Assembly (NCBI GenBank): GCA_963768015.1
Contig: CAVYGK010000015.1
Coordinates: 122,532 to 186,531 of the forward strand
Direction: 5' to 3'
Source: an uncultured Solirubrobacterales bacterium
GTDB lineage: Bacteria > Actinomycetota > Thermoleophilia > Solirubrobacterales > Solirubrobacteraceae
Length of the DNA stretch: 64,000 nucleotides
Both the position numbers and the translations under genes were made by a program. Shown here in pieces: positions 43,523-54,541 of the stretch (the stretch's first letter is position 1; every line of letters begins with the position of its first letter). The notes under the pieces are model-generated. The model made no database searches. It worked only from the letters and a program-made list of their open reading frames with translations, and was not told the DNA's origin.

Positions 43523-45321
43523 TCAGGCGTCGATCCCGGCTAGGTTGAGGCGATAGATCGTCGCGTCATCGTTGTGGTAGACGGCCGATCCGTGCAACGC
43601 CGTCGGAATCGCGCTAACTAGCTCTGCATACCCTTTCGGCGCGCCGTAGTAGGCGACGCTCGCCTTCATGCTGCGGCTGACCACGATGTAGGCAGTCTGT
43701 TGGCCGAAATCAGTCATCCAGTTCTCGACCTGCCGAAGATCGCCTTCATTCATCCACGCCGCTCCGTTCTCAGGGTCAGCCGGCATGACTTGGAGCTCGT
43801 AGTCGTTATAGTCGGCCGTCTCGGCCCCCGGAAAGTTGTCTTGCGGAAGCACGATCAACGACCCGTGCGGGATGTGACGGTATAGCCACTGGCTGGCAGT
43901 CAATTCCGCGGGTGTAAACGCGTCGACTGAGACGGGACTGTAGAGCCCCTGCAGACCGGCGAATAGGCACGCCAGGCAGACGCCGCCGATGAGCGGCCAG
44001 CGAAGCGGGAGGCGCAGCTCGAACAGAGCCCCGGCGATCAGCAGCGCACACCAAGGAGCGGAGAACAGAAAGACGCGAATGATCGCCTCCCCTCCGTAGT
44101 TCTGCGCCCCGAGGATCAGGAAGGGGCTGAAGGCGAGAGCCGCCGGGATCGCCACCCGTCCCAGCGCCCGACGCCGGCACGTGACCGCCGCCAGCGCCAG
44201 GAGCCACATGCACCCAGCGAGCGCGTGCACGATGAGCAAAGACGTCGCCCTGCCGCCGGCGTCGGACGGACCGCTGGGGCCCGAGGCGTTCTGGATCGGG
44301 TTGCCGCCGCTGAACAGGCCACCGAAGTCGTGAACGATGAGGTTTAGCGCGGCGCAAGATAGGCCCCCGCGATCGCCGCCATCAGGACCAACAGCCAGCG
44401 CGGGCGAACCAGGTCGAGCGCCGTGAGCGCACCCACGCCAGCAAGCGCCGCGTAGGGCGTGAGCTGGTGCGCAGCGACGATCGCGAAGTAGATCGTGGCC
44501 ACGATCGTCACTGCGACGGCGCGCATCGCTTTCGTCGTCGGGGGCGGCGGCCTCAGTCCCGCGACCAGCGGCGCCCGCAAACGCGCCAGCCGCCCGCGCG
44601 GCTGCGCTGAGGTCGCTGGGGCTCGCAGCCAGCGCACGATGATCAGCACCATCGCCAGCCAGAGCAGGTACCCGAACGCCTGCGGCGAGAGGTAGTCCTG
44701 TCCAACCCAACAGACCAGCCCTTCGTAGAGCAAGACAGCGAGCCAGGCGACACGGCGGTCGTCGGTCAGCAGGCGAAATACGGCGAGCAGTAGCAGTGCA
44801 TCGGCGAGCTCGAACGCGAGCGGCGCCCACGCCGCAAACGAGATCGCGTTGACATGCGCGAGCGAGCTGACGCTGGCAACTGCCGCGAACAGGGCCGGCC
44901 ACTGTTGATAGATGTTTGTCGGGTCAGTGACGTGGCCGTACTTTTGAAACGCGGAGATGATCCCCAGGTGCTTGTAGACCCATGCATATTCTGGAACGCC
45001 GAATAGGATCGGGACCGTCGCCTCGATCGCGACGATCAGACCCACCAGGTGCAACGCGAGCAGCCATCCACGCGGCTCGCGGCGGCGGAGTTCGAGCACG
45101 AAGCCGGTAACCAGCGCGACGAATCCGAGAACGAACCAGATGTCGGCGCTCGCAAGCAGACCGTAGTTACCGATGCTCGAACGATGGATCTGGCTGAGAC
45201 CGTAGGCCCAGGCGCCCATCCCGAGAACGGGGAGCGCCAATTGGGCCTGGATACGCCGCGTCCTGAGCCGGCCTGCCGCTACCGCGACCGGGCGCACCAT
45301 TGCGTGCGCGTAAGACGTCAT
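43523..45321 (-). CDS. Polytopic membrane protein (putative GT-C/polymerase-like), apparent frameshift ~44345
   Basis: YAWVYKHLG, IYQQWP, WVGQDYLSPQ, HQLTP, QNYGGEAIIRVFLF; more than 10 hydrophobic segments. Confidence 0.75.
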
Positions 45322-45668
45322 CGGTCCACCCTCCACGACAGTCGGGCCGCACAGGAGGTTGCGCCGGCAAGCGCGAGCACGAGCAACAACGCCCGCGGCT
45401 GCCAAAAGTTCGTCCAGATCATCAGTGCGCTTGCGATCGCCACCACGGCCAGGCTCACCGTCAGCGTCAGGCCGGCCTGCGCGGCGTCCTCGCCGCTGTC
45501 CACCCAGCACATCACGGCTGCGCCGGCGGGTACACACGCCAGCACGAGCGCTCCCGCCAGCGCCAACCAGTGCCACGGCGCACCGAGCACGAGCGCGATC
45601 GACAAGACGCTCCCGAGGAGGCCGGCGTATGCGGTCAGCTCCGTTCGCGGCCTGCTCATCGTCATCAT
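45318..45668 (-). CDS. Small membrane protein coupled to the downstream polytopic protein
   Basis: Four hydrophobic segments; ATGA overlap at 45318-45321. Confidence 0.65.
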   Translation of the reverse strand: MMTMSRPRTELTAYAGLLGSVLSIALVLGAPWHWLALAGALVLACVPAGAAVMCWVDSGEDAAQAGLTLTVSLAVVAIASALMIWTNFWQPRALLLVLALAGATSCAARLSWRVDR

Positions 45669-45879
45669 GCGCAACCTGCGCCGGACGGGACCACGACGTT
45701 CCCACCCACCCTACCGTCTCGTGAGGTCACCATCGTTTCAAACCGCCTGTGTTGGTCGCCCATCAGTCCCTCTTGGTGTCGCGGACACCCCCATTCGCGC
45801 CGACTGGCTGATGTGGCTTGCCACGCTCGTCTTACTTGTGTTATCGGCTCTCGAGGCCGCTTCCTGAAGGCCCGGCGAT

Positions 45880-45975
45880 CCCGGTTCTGCGTGGCTGGGC
45901 GGGTCACTTCCGCTACGGCAAGTCGACCGTCCAGTTCGGCCGGATCATCCGACACGCGGAACGGCGCTTACGAAA
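45880..45975 (+). mobile_element. Group II intron RT/maturase domain X fragment
   Basis: PVLRGWAGHFRYGKSTVQF...RL matches the LRGWxxYF maturase motif. Confidence 0.6.
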
Positions 45976-46167
45976 CCGGCAGCAGTCGGCACTAAGCCGC
46001 ACGGACCCAGGCGCTTCCCGGCTACCCGACCATCCTCTGGTCGGTTGGACGCGGTGTCACGCGCCTCACGCGGGCGCCGGAGGGCCGCCCGCTCGTTCTG
46101 CCTGCCGGAATGCGGGCCCAAACGACGTTCGAGCCCACTCCGTGACCGCAGCCGCGCCGTGCATGGC

Positions 46168-47540
46168 CTATGCGCTTCCCGTCGCGTCATTGAGTCCCAG
46201 CCGCCTGACTCGTCGCACGCTCTTGGCGTACAGCAGTGGGCCGCGCAGCATCCCGAGGTATTCCAGCGTAGACAGCTCCCGTGGCAGCTGCCCTTCGCGT
46301 TCTTCGGAGCCAGCCCGCGCCCTTCGGTACAGCAGCCTGATCACGGTCGGGATCGCTCTCGCAGCAGAGCGAAGGAAGCGCGGATCGTCGACGCTGCCTT
46401 GCACAGCGCAGCGGTCAAACCGCTGCCGTAGGTGAGCAGCTCGTCGCGGAGCGCCTGATCATCGCGGCGGTGCTCGTGCCAGCAGAGCGATCGGGGCTCG
46501 TACACGAGCCGGCCGCCGCGGAGGATCGCGTCGCTGAACGCGGCGATGTCCTCACCGCCGCCGGGTGGGCTGCCTCCGCCAAGCGCCGGATCGAAACCGC
46601 CGGCAGCGACGAGCGCGGTGCGTCTGAAGGCCATGTGTTGCCCGAGCCGAAGATGCCGCCCCAGTAGGGACAGGAGCCGGTCATCGGCGCGCTCGCTGTG
46701 CAGGTCATAGCTGCGGCGACGCATCCCCTTCGAGAATCCGCCGTATTGCTCGAACTGCTTTTGGGCGGGCGTCTGGAGCTCCAGCGGCAGCACCATGCCG
46801 GTGACCGCCGTGACCGCGTCGTCTGAGAACGGTTCGAGCAGGTAGTGCAGCCAGTTGGGGTCGACGACGACGTCGTCGTCGGTGAATGCCACGTAGTCCG
46901 CGTTCGCGGCCTCGGCAAGTCCACGGTTGCGCGCGACGGAAGTCCCCTTCCGTGGCTCGGCGACGTAGCGCACGCGGCGGTCGGCCGCCGCGATCCGGGA
47001 CACGAGCGCAAGTGTCTCGCTCGTCGCGGGGCGGTTGTCGACGATGATCACGTCGAGGTCGCTGCGGTCGACCCCGCGCAGCGACTGTAGGCACCGCTCG
47101 AGGACATCGAGGCGACCGGTGGTCGGGACGATCACGGCGACCGATCCCGGCGGATACTTCGTGATGCCCCGGCTGCAGCCAGCTCCCACCGCGGGGAGTC
47201 CCGCTAGCAACGCTGCGGGACCGTCCGGGACGCAGGCGCACCGGTGGCTCGTCATATGCTGGGCGATCGCCGGCCCGATCTGAGCCCAGATCGTCTCAGC
47301 GAGGCGCTCGCTCACCTGACAGGGGGGCGGGCACTCGAGGTAGATCACGCCGAGTGGCGCGCCGTGGAGGCGAACGAGGGCCAGGGCGTCGCGGTGCGTG
47401 CCCATGACCGACGACCCTGGAGCGTGGGCGAACCCAGGCGGCGAGTCGAGGTCGATCACCCCGATCGCAGTCGGTTCGAGGTGCCGGAACGCCGCTAGGG
47501 GCAGGTACCCGTCGGTCATGTGGGGCTCGGCGCGCGTCAC
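46168..47540 (-). CDS. Glycosyltransferase family 2, apparent frameshifts ~46670, ~46640, ~46405
   Basis: IIVDNRP, SVARNRG, AFTDDDV, GGFDPALG, GGEDI; C-terminus LGMLRGPLLY ends at 46168. Confidence 0.85.
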
Positions 47541-48473
47541 GACCGGAGCCTGTCGTCGATGAAGTCAAGGATGGTGCTGTTCCGCGATCCCAGCTTGCGA
47601 GCGAACAGCTTGCGGTGGCCGTCGTGGCGCTGGCGGTGGCCGTCGCGGTGCTGGTGTTCGGCGGGGTGTCTGGGCGCTGCGAAGCGGGCCGCCTCGAGCT
47701 GCGCGGCGTGCTCCTCTCCGAGCCATCGGGGATGTTGGGCGGGTGCTGGCGGCCAGTCGAGGTACCAGGGGAGGTCGTCGCAGATCTCCTCCGACACGGG
47801 TCCGACGAGGGTTGGCGAGCGGAGTATCGATGCTGCACAGGATTCATCGGGGACAAGTGTGGTGCGCCAGAACCTCAGCACGTCGGGTCGCTGTCGAGCA
47901 CGCGCAGCAGGGCTGCCGCGTGCTTGCGGGCGTAGATCTTCCATTGCGACGAAGCCTGAAGGCGAAGATCCGCCGGGATTGCGCGGCGGAGGGTCCGGAG
48001 GGGCACGCCGCGGACGGACAGGATCTGGCCGCGGAAGCTGACGAAGCGGCGCTGGAAGCGCCACAATCCTCCATCGGGGTTGCGAGCGGTGTCCCAGGGC
48101 CGATAGGGAAGTGGGTTGAGCTCCAGGCGGGACCGATCTCTCCAGCCAGCGAGATCATCCTCGATCTCCTTGACCGGGACGAGCGGATAGCAACTTCCCG
48201 ACATCACGATCAGGTGCTCGGCACGGCTCCGTTCGAGCGCCATTCTGAGGCCGGCGAGCTCTGCATCGACGAGCGACCAGCTGCGAGGCTCGTTCGGCGG
48301 CGGGGTACCGCGTGAACCCCGGTCCCGGCGGCCTCCGTCATCGCGGAGCAGACGCGGTCCGGTGTCTTGGCGTCGCAGTGTAGGAATACGTCCAGACCTG
48401 CGAGCGAGGTGATCAGTCGCCGCACCTGTTGGGGATCGGCGTGGGCGAGGATGACCGCGGCCGCGCCCGGCAT
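47537..48473 (-). CDS. Core-2/I-branching (GT14) beta-1,6-GlcNAc transferase family, apparent frameshifts
   Basis: VILAH, LHCDAK, SWSLVDAEL, MSGSCYPL, SSQW, PDES, FARK. Confidence 0.82.
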
Positions 48474-50038
48474 CAGGCCGCCAGCGCCAGGTCGGTGGGA
48501 TGAACGATCGCTGCGAGCCGCCCGGCCACCGTGTCACGCGACGGCGCGAAGATGCTCGTCAGCATCACGACAAATGCCGCCAGACAGCTCAGGGCGACGA
48601 TCGCCCTCGCCGCTGTCAGCCCGGGGTCGCTTGGCAGCTGCGTGGAGAGCAGGCAAATCGCCACCGCCGCGACGACCTTCACGATCAGGGCGGCCGGCGG
48701 TCGCGGGAGGGGCGTGATGCGTCCCGCGTGGAACGCGAGCAATGCGAACAGCAGGCTGTAGCCGCAGAACGTGGCGAGGCCCGCGCCGGCGATCCCGAGC
48801 GCTGGCACGACGAGCATGTTCAATCCGATGTTCGCGAGCGCGGCGAGCACGGTCGATAGCCCGATCGCGAGCGTGCTTCCGGCGAACAGCAGCACCCTGG
48901 TCGCCGACATCATCGCCGCCGCGGGGAACGCGGTGACGGCCACGATCGCGACGATCAGCAACAGGCCGCCGGGCCGGTAGCTGGGGGGGACCCAGATGCT
49001 CAGGATGATCGGAGAGGCGACGCAGAGCCCGACTACGGCCGGGATCAGAAGTGCGTAGAGGACGTCCCTGCTGGCTGTCAATACCGACGCGCGGACGCGC
49101 GCATCGACCAGCGCGAATACGCGCGGCATCCAGACCGAATTGAGCACGCCGAGAAGAATGATCGTAAGACTGGCGACGTTGTATGCAACGGCGTAACGTG
49201 CAACTGCGACGGGTCCGAGGTCGTGCCGGATGATCAACCGATCTGATGCGTCGAGTATGAATGCAGCCAGCGCCGCGGGAACGAGGCCGACTGAGTAGCG
49301 AAGAGCGCCGGAGAGCATCCGCAGATCGCGACGGCGGAACAGGATCGGACGAACTGCGATCAGCGCGACCGCGACGGCGGCGCTCTGCGCGAGCAGCTGG
49401 CCGAGCACGTACTCGGACGCCGTGCGGTGCACGAGCACGACCAGCAGCAGGCTGAGCGCCTCGGCCACGACGGACTGCAGCAGCGTGACGGTTCCGAACA
49501 CGAGCAGCTGGTTGCGGCTGCGGATCAGGCCTAGGGCGGCGTTGGTGATCGCCGTCAGCGCCGCCCAGCCGACGGCGTACTCGATTGTCGGGCCGTAGCG
49601 CCCGAGCCCGAGCGCCTGGGACCACAGCGGCCCGGTGCTGTCGGCGAGCGCGAACGCGCCGAGTGACAGGACCACCGCGAGCGTCACGACGCGGCGCGGA
49701 TCCCGGTCGTCGTCGGCGGCTGCGTAGACCCGCTGGACGGCGGACTGGAGGCTGAAGCTGCCGAGCGCGACCAGGATCTGCATGACCACGATCGCCGTCG
49801 CGACGAGCCCGAACCCGGACGGACCTAGTACGCGGGTGACGATCGGCGTGCACAGGGCGGCGATTCCGAGCTGCACCGCCCATAGCAGCATGTACAGCGA
49901 ATCGCGACCGAACAGGCCCTTCAGCGTCTCCGCCGTCTGCGTCTGGACCGCGGTCGCAGCATCGTCCGCGGCGGTCGCTCGACGTCCTTCCGTCTCGGTT
50001 AGCGCTGCACCTTCATCTCGTGCCTTGAGGGCGCTCAC
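48473..50038 (-). CDS. Wzx-like oligosaccharide flippase
   Basis: PIVTRVLGPSGFG, DRLII, YAVAYNVA, NIGLNMLVVPALGIAGAGLAT; 12 or more TM segments. Confidence 0.85.
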   Translation of the reverse strand: MSALKARDEGAALTETEGRRATAADDAATAVQTQTAETLKGLFGRDSLYMLLWAVQLGIAALCTPIVTRVLGPSGFGLVATAIVVMQILVALGSFSLQSAVQRVYAAADDDRDPRRVVTLAVVLSLGAFALADSTGPLWSQALGLGRYGPTIEYAVGWAALTAITNAALGLIRSRNQLLVFGTVTLLQSVVAEALSLLLVVLVHRTASEYVLGQLLAQSAAVAVALIAVRPILFRRRDLRMLSGALRYSVGLVPAALAAFILDASDRLIIRHDLGPVAVARYAVAYNVASLTIILLGVLNSVWMPRVFALVDARVRASVLTASRDVLYALLIPAVVGLCVASPIILSIWVPPSYRPGGLLLIVAIVAVTAFPAAAMMSATRVLLFAGSTLAIGLSTVLAALANIGLNMLVVPALGIAGAGLATFCGYSLLFALLAFHAGRITPLPRPPAALIVKVVAAVAICLLSTQLPSDPGLTAARAIVALSCLAAFVVMLTSIFAPSRDTVAGRLAAIVHPTDLALAA

Positions 50039-53000
50039 GGTGCCACCGCCCGAACGTGTTCCCGGCTTTGGCGCGAACGAGCTTTCAAGTACGCCCGGGG
50101 CCCGGCGAACAGTCCCCGGAACTCGGCGCCCAGGAGCCCTGGTGCCACGCCGGCATGGTTGGCCGCTGCTTGCGACTTCTGTGCCAGGCGGCCCGCGTGC
50201 AACGCGCCGGCAAGCATCCGCCCGGCGACCTCGCGGCCGGCGTTGCGGGAGAAGAGGAACTTGCAGAGGTACGCCGAGAGGCCCTTGCCATAGCAATACA
50301 TCTGTTCTTGCAGTTCTGCCTCGTCGACTCGGTGGTCGTGCCACACGAGTGCAGCGGGCTCGTAGCTGAGAGTCCGACCAGACCGCAGCAGCCGCACGAA
50401 GGCGTCGAGGTCTTCACCGCCGGACGTGGGCGATCCAGCCCCGAGGCTTTCATCGAAGCCGCCGATGGTCTCGATCGCCTCCCTTCGGAAGGCAACGTTG
50501 GCGCCGGTCCCGAACGCGCCGGCCGCATACGGATAGAGCCTCGAATCGCCTGGACGGGCGCTCGGATCGAACAGTCGCTGCTCGCAGCTGGATGACCACC
50601 CCACTCGAGCGTCGAAGTACTGCTCGGCGGGCCGCTCCAACGAGGCGCTCGCGACGAGGCCGGTGACGCAGCCGATGTCGGCACGGCGGCGAAAACCCCG
50701 AACGATGCCGTCCACCCAAAGTGGATCCACGCGCACGTCGTCGTCGGTGTATGCGATCAACTCGCCGCGGGCTTCGCGCAGCCCGCGGTTGCGTGCGGCC
50801 GATAGCCCGGGTCGGTCCTCGCGCACGTAGCGGACGCGGGCGTCCTCACGAGCAACCTCGCAGACAAGCTCCATGGTGCTGTTATCGGCTGGTGCGTTGT
50901 CGATAATCAGGAATTCGAGGTTGCGGTAACGCAAGCGTCGGAGCGACTGAAGGCAGCGAACGAGGCTTTGCGCCCGGTTGCGGGTGCACACGATCACTGT
51001 GACCAATGTCGATTCTGAATCCGTGATCCAAGCTGCCGTCCTCGTCACACCGCTATCGCGCTCGGCAATCAGCTCTGCGAGTGTCGGGAGGCTGTTCACA
51101 GCGAGCTGATGCTCGACGAGCTCGGCGAGATTCCCGTCCATTGCGTCGAGGGCTTGCTGCAGATTAAGCTTGCCCGATGACAGGGGCGTCCGCACAAACC
51201 CCAACGGCTCCCCGAGTACGCGGAGCAGCAGCCTCGCCTCCTCGAACGCGACCCCTGACCGAGTGAGCGGAAGCTTGGTCTCGATGACCGGACTTGACAG
51301 CTCGAGCTCCCCACTCCAAACGGGACGTGCCGGTGCCGCGTCGGCGTTCCGATCCAATGGCGCCGCCTGACGTGCCGGTGCCGCGTCGGCGTTCCGATCC
51401 AATCGTTCGTTGACCAGCCACCTGCTACGCGCATAGGCAATCGGGCCGAGTGCCAGACCGATCCACTCGATCACATCCAAGCGCCTCGGAAAATCGGGTC
51501 CCTTTGTGGCGTTCTTGCGCGATTCGCGACTAACCAGATAGCGAATTCCGGCAGGGATGAGCCGGATCGGTCTAGACCGGTTCGGCCCGGATGTCAGGTG
51601 CTTGGCGATCAGCGCGCCGAGCCCGATGCCATAGCTGAAGACCTTCCGGTAGAGCAGGCGCATGGTATCCAGGTGCCGATGCCGGACGATCGCCCGAGGT
51701 TCGTAAACGAGTGTCTGGCCGCTGAAGATCAGGCGTATGCAGATGTCGAGATCCTCGCCACCCCGTGCATGCGTGCCGGCACCGAGGTACGGGTCGAACC
51801 CACCCAGTTGTAGCAACGCTTCCCGCCTGAAGGCCATGTTGGCCCCAGAGCCGAAATGACCGGCGGTATATGGGAACAGCGGCACGTCGTCGGGCGGTGC
51901 ATCGAGCCGGTAGACGCGGCGCGTCAGCCCCTTCCCGAACGCTGCGTACTGGTCTAGCAGCGACTCGGCCCGCGTGCCCAACTCCAACGGCTCGATCAGC
52001 CCCGTCACGCAGGTGGCGTCGGGGTATGCGGCGAATGCCTCCCGTAGCGCCTCGAGCCAGCGGTGGTCCACGACGACGTCGTCGTCGACGAACGCCACGA
52101 TGCCGCCGGTGGCTTCGGCAAGGCCCGCGTTGCGTGCGCGCGAGAGGCCGGGAGTGGGCTCCTCGACGTATCGGACTGCCGAGTCCGGGCCGAACGCCTC
52201 CCTGAGCGCGGCGCGGACATCCGATTTTGCCGGTCGGTTCTCCACCACAATCACCTCTAGCGGTCCGCGGGCGTGCTCGCGGATGGTTTTCACGCCGCGA
52301 ACCGCGGCTGTCGCGTCAGCACAGGTCGGAACCACGACCGAGACGAGCTGAGCGGTGGTCGAGACGTGATGCGCGTTGGGGGCGGTGGTCGAGACGTGAT
52401 GCGCGTTGGGGGCGTCGGGTGTGATCCTGGCTGGGCTTGCGTCGATTGATCCGACCTGGGTGTACGGAAGTTTCCGCCGCGCACGCCGAACGCCCCGGTA
52501 GGCCCTCGTGCGGAACCGCTCCCCCTGCCATGCCAGCGGCACCGACCAGCCCTCCAGAAAGCGTTCCACATCGTCCACGGACGTCGTGCTTTGCGCCGTC
52601 CACCGCCCGACCGCCCACGGATCGTCGCCGGCGTGCGAGATCACGTTCTTGACCGCGGCCGCAGACCGGTAGCCGGATTCGACGACGAGCCCGCGCACGC
52701 GCGCGTCATGGGCGCCGTGCGGATATGCAAACGAGTCAACCGGACGATCGATCAGCTGCTCGAGCGCGGCCTTGCTCGACCGGATCTCGTCCTCGGCGGC
52801 CGACAGGGTCAGCTCGTCAAGGAAGGGATGTGTGACTGTATGAGCGCCGAGCTCCACGCTGTCATGCCAGCCTGCCAAAACCTCGAGCTGGCGTTCGCTG
52901 ATCATGTCGGCTGTGCCGACGAACCCGGTCGTGACGTACACCGTCGATCGCAAACCCTGGCGGCTCAGCAGCCCCACAGCGTCGACGGTGTCCTCGAAGC

Positions 53001-53208
53001 CGTCATCAAACGTGATCCCTACGCATCGGTCCGGCAGTCGCCGCAGTCCGCGAATGCCGTCCGCGATCTCGCTCATCGTCAAGGCTGTGCGGCCGCTCGC
53101 GGCGATCGCCTCGACGTGATCGACGAACCGGCCGGGGGCGACGGCGAACGAGTCGCCCGCACGGTCCGAGACGCCGTGGTACAGCAGGATCGGGATCAAC
53201 TGCGTCAT
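50035..53208 (-). CDS. Polysaccharide deacetylase-GT2-GT2 fusion protein
   Basis: ILLYHG, ITFDDG, GAHTVTH, FAYPHG; two GT2 modules (FVDDDV...GGEDL; YTDDDV...GGEDL). Confidence 0.88.
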   Translation of the reverse strand: MTQLIPILLYHGVSDRAGDSFAVAPGRFVDHVEAIAASGRTALTMSEIADGIRGLRRLPDRCVGITFDDGFEDTVDAVGLLSRQGLRSTVYVTTGFVGTADMISERQLEVLAGWHDSVELGAHTVTHPFLDELTLSAAEDEIRSSKAALEQLIDRPVDSFAYPHGAHDARVRGLVVESGYRSAAAVKNVISHAGDDPWAVGRWTAQSTTSVDDVERFLEGWSVPLAWQGERFRTRAYRGVRRARRKLPYTQVGSIDASPARITPDAPNAHHVSTTAPNAHHVSTTAQLVSVVVPTCADATAAVRGVKTIREHARGPLEVIVVENRPAKSDVRAALREAFGPDSAVRYVEEPTPGLSRARNAGLAEATGGIVAFVDDDVVVDHRWLEALREAFAAYPDATCVTGLIEPLELGTRAESLLDQYAAFGKGLTRRVYRLDAPPDDVPLFPYTAGHFGSGANMAFRREALLQLGGFDPYLGAGTHARGGEDLDICIRLIFSGQTLVYEPRAIVRHRHLDTMRLLYRKVFSYGIGLGALIAKHLTSGPNRSRPIRLIPAGIRYLVSRESRKNATKGPDFPRRLDVIEWIGLALGPIAYARSRWLVNERLDRNADAAPARQAAPLDRNADAAPARPVWSGELELSSPVIETKLPLTRSGVAFEEARLLLRVLGEPLGFVRTPLSSGKLNLQQALDAMDGNLAELVEHQLAVNSLPTLAELIAERDSGVTRTAAWITDSESTLVTVIVCTRNRAQSLVRCLQSLRRLRYRNLEFLIIDNAPADNSTMELVCEVAREDARVRYVREDRPGLSAARNRGLREARGELIAYTDDDVRVDPLWVDGIVRGFRRRADIGCVTGLVASASLERPAEQYFDARVGWSSSCEQRLFDPSARPGDSRLYPYAAGAFGTGANVAFRREAIETIGGFDESLGAGSPTSGGEDLDAFVRLLRSGRTLSYEPAALVWHDHRVDEAELQEQMYCYGKGLSAYLCKFLFSRNAGREVAGRMLAGALHAGRLAQKSQAAANHAGVAPGLLGAEFRGLFAGPRAYLKARSRQSREHVRAVAP
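51324..51403. repeat. 35-bp exact direct repeat (45-bp period) in the GT2-GT2 linker
   Basis: Encodes LDRNADAAPAR twice. Confidence 0.9.
52352..52414. repeat. 30-bp exact tandem repeat in the deacetylase-GT2 linker
   Basis: Encodes APNAHHVSTT twice. Confidence 0.9.
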
Positions 53209-54320
53209 CGGCAGCCTCGCCGTCGCGCGCTGAGCCGACCCCGCAGGTAGCCAGCCGTGGTGATCGTCAACCCGGTCACGATTGCCCCAGAGCGGGCGAC
53301 TCCCGACCGATCTCCGCGGCACGCGTCCGCGAGTCCGCGCCATACACCGGTCGGCAAGGTCTGCATCACGTAGGCGCGCTCGCGCTCGAGCGCCGCGTTG
53401 CTGCCGACGCTCCGCGAGACGACCGCTTTCGACAGTCCCTCCGCCCAGCAACGCCGGCGGAAGTACAGCCAGCGCGTACGGTCTGCGCTCACGCGATGCT
53501 CAACCTTCGCGTCGGGCATTTGCACGATGCGACCGCCGGTAGCGGCGCGGGCGCGGATCGAGAGCTCGGTCTCCTCACAACCCAGTGGCGTGCGGCCGAC
53601 GCGCCCGATCCCGTCCTTGAATCCGCCGACGCGCTCCAAGACTGTACGGCGAAACGCCATATTCGCGCCGATCGGATTGCGGATCTCCGCAAGCGTTGGC
53701 GGCAGCCCCCGGTAGGAGCATCCGACCACCCACAGGAACTCGGGCGGAATCCAGGACGGCGGGCAGGACTCCCACATCGGAAGGGCGACCCCGCCGGCCC
53801 CGATGACCGTCGGATCTTCGAACGCCCGCGTGAGCGCCCGCAGCCAGCCGGGCCGTGCACATGCGTCATCGTCGAGAAACGCGACGATCTCGCCCGATGC
53901 GTGCCGGACGCCCGTATTCCGAGCGCCGGAGAGCCCTCGGCCCTCCTCGTTTGCGACCACTTGTGCGTCAGGCAAATCGCGAATCGCGCGGCTGAGCAAG
54001 TCGAGTTTGTGATCGATCACGACCAGCACCTCGTGCGGCGCCGGATCCTGTTCCCATGCTGACGCAACGGCCTCGACCAGCGCGTCCCACCGTTGGTCGG
54101 TGTACGCACAGATGACCACGCTCACGCAGGGGGGCTGAGGCGCGCAAATGCTCGTGCTCGAGAGCTCGCGTTGAGCGGCGATTCCGACCGCAGCCGAGCT
54201 TTGGCGCGCGCTCACAGGTCTCCTCGTCGCCCCGTTCTGGGGACTTACCGCAATTGATACATTCGCCGTGTTACGCCAGCCACGGAGCTCAGAATCGGGG
54301 AATTCAGGCGCCGCGTCCAT
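53205..54320 (-). CDS. Glycosyltransferase family 2 (start uncertain)
   Basis: SVVICAYT..RW, GLSGARNTG, FLDDDA, RNPIGANM, CEETELSIR. Confidence 0.85.
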   Translation of the reverse strand: MDAAPEFPDSELRGWRNTANVSIAVSPQNGATRRPVSARQSSAAVGIAAQRELSSTSICAPQPPCVSVVICAYTDQRWDALVEAVASAWEQDPAPHEVLVVIDHKLDLLSRAIRDLPDAQVVANEEGRGLSGARNTGVRHASGEIVAFLDDDACARPGWLRALTRAFEDPTVIGAGGVALPMWESCPPSWIPPEFLWVVGCSYRGLPPTLAEIRNPIGANMAFRRTVLERVGGFKDGIGRVGRTPLGCEETELSIRARAATGGRIVQMPDAKVEHRVSADRTRWLYFRRRCWAEGLSKAVVSRSVGSNAALERERAYVMQTLPTGVWRGLADACRGDRSGVARSGAIVTGLTITTAGYLRGRLSARRRGCR

Positions 54321-54541
54321 CTCGGCACCGAGGCGGTCTACCGTGTCTGCGGCTGGACCGACGAGTTGGCCGAGGTCGAGGTCGTCCGGGCTCCCGGGCT
54401 GCGCCCCGGCCAGCGCTTCAACTTCGACGTTGCGGCGGTTCGCCGCATGACTCTGGTGGCGGCGCCGTCGGACCCGACCGGTCCTGGCCCCCGAAGAAAT
54501 TAGATCTCGCATACCGTTCGATCGTCCAGGGGGCCAGGGCT

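Noticed and set aside
45700-46160. Intact group II intron, retron or DGR
   Set aside because: Only a ~30-codon maturase sliver; no YADD-type RT core, domain V or template/variable repeat pair seen
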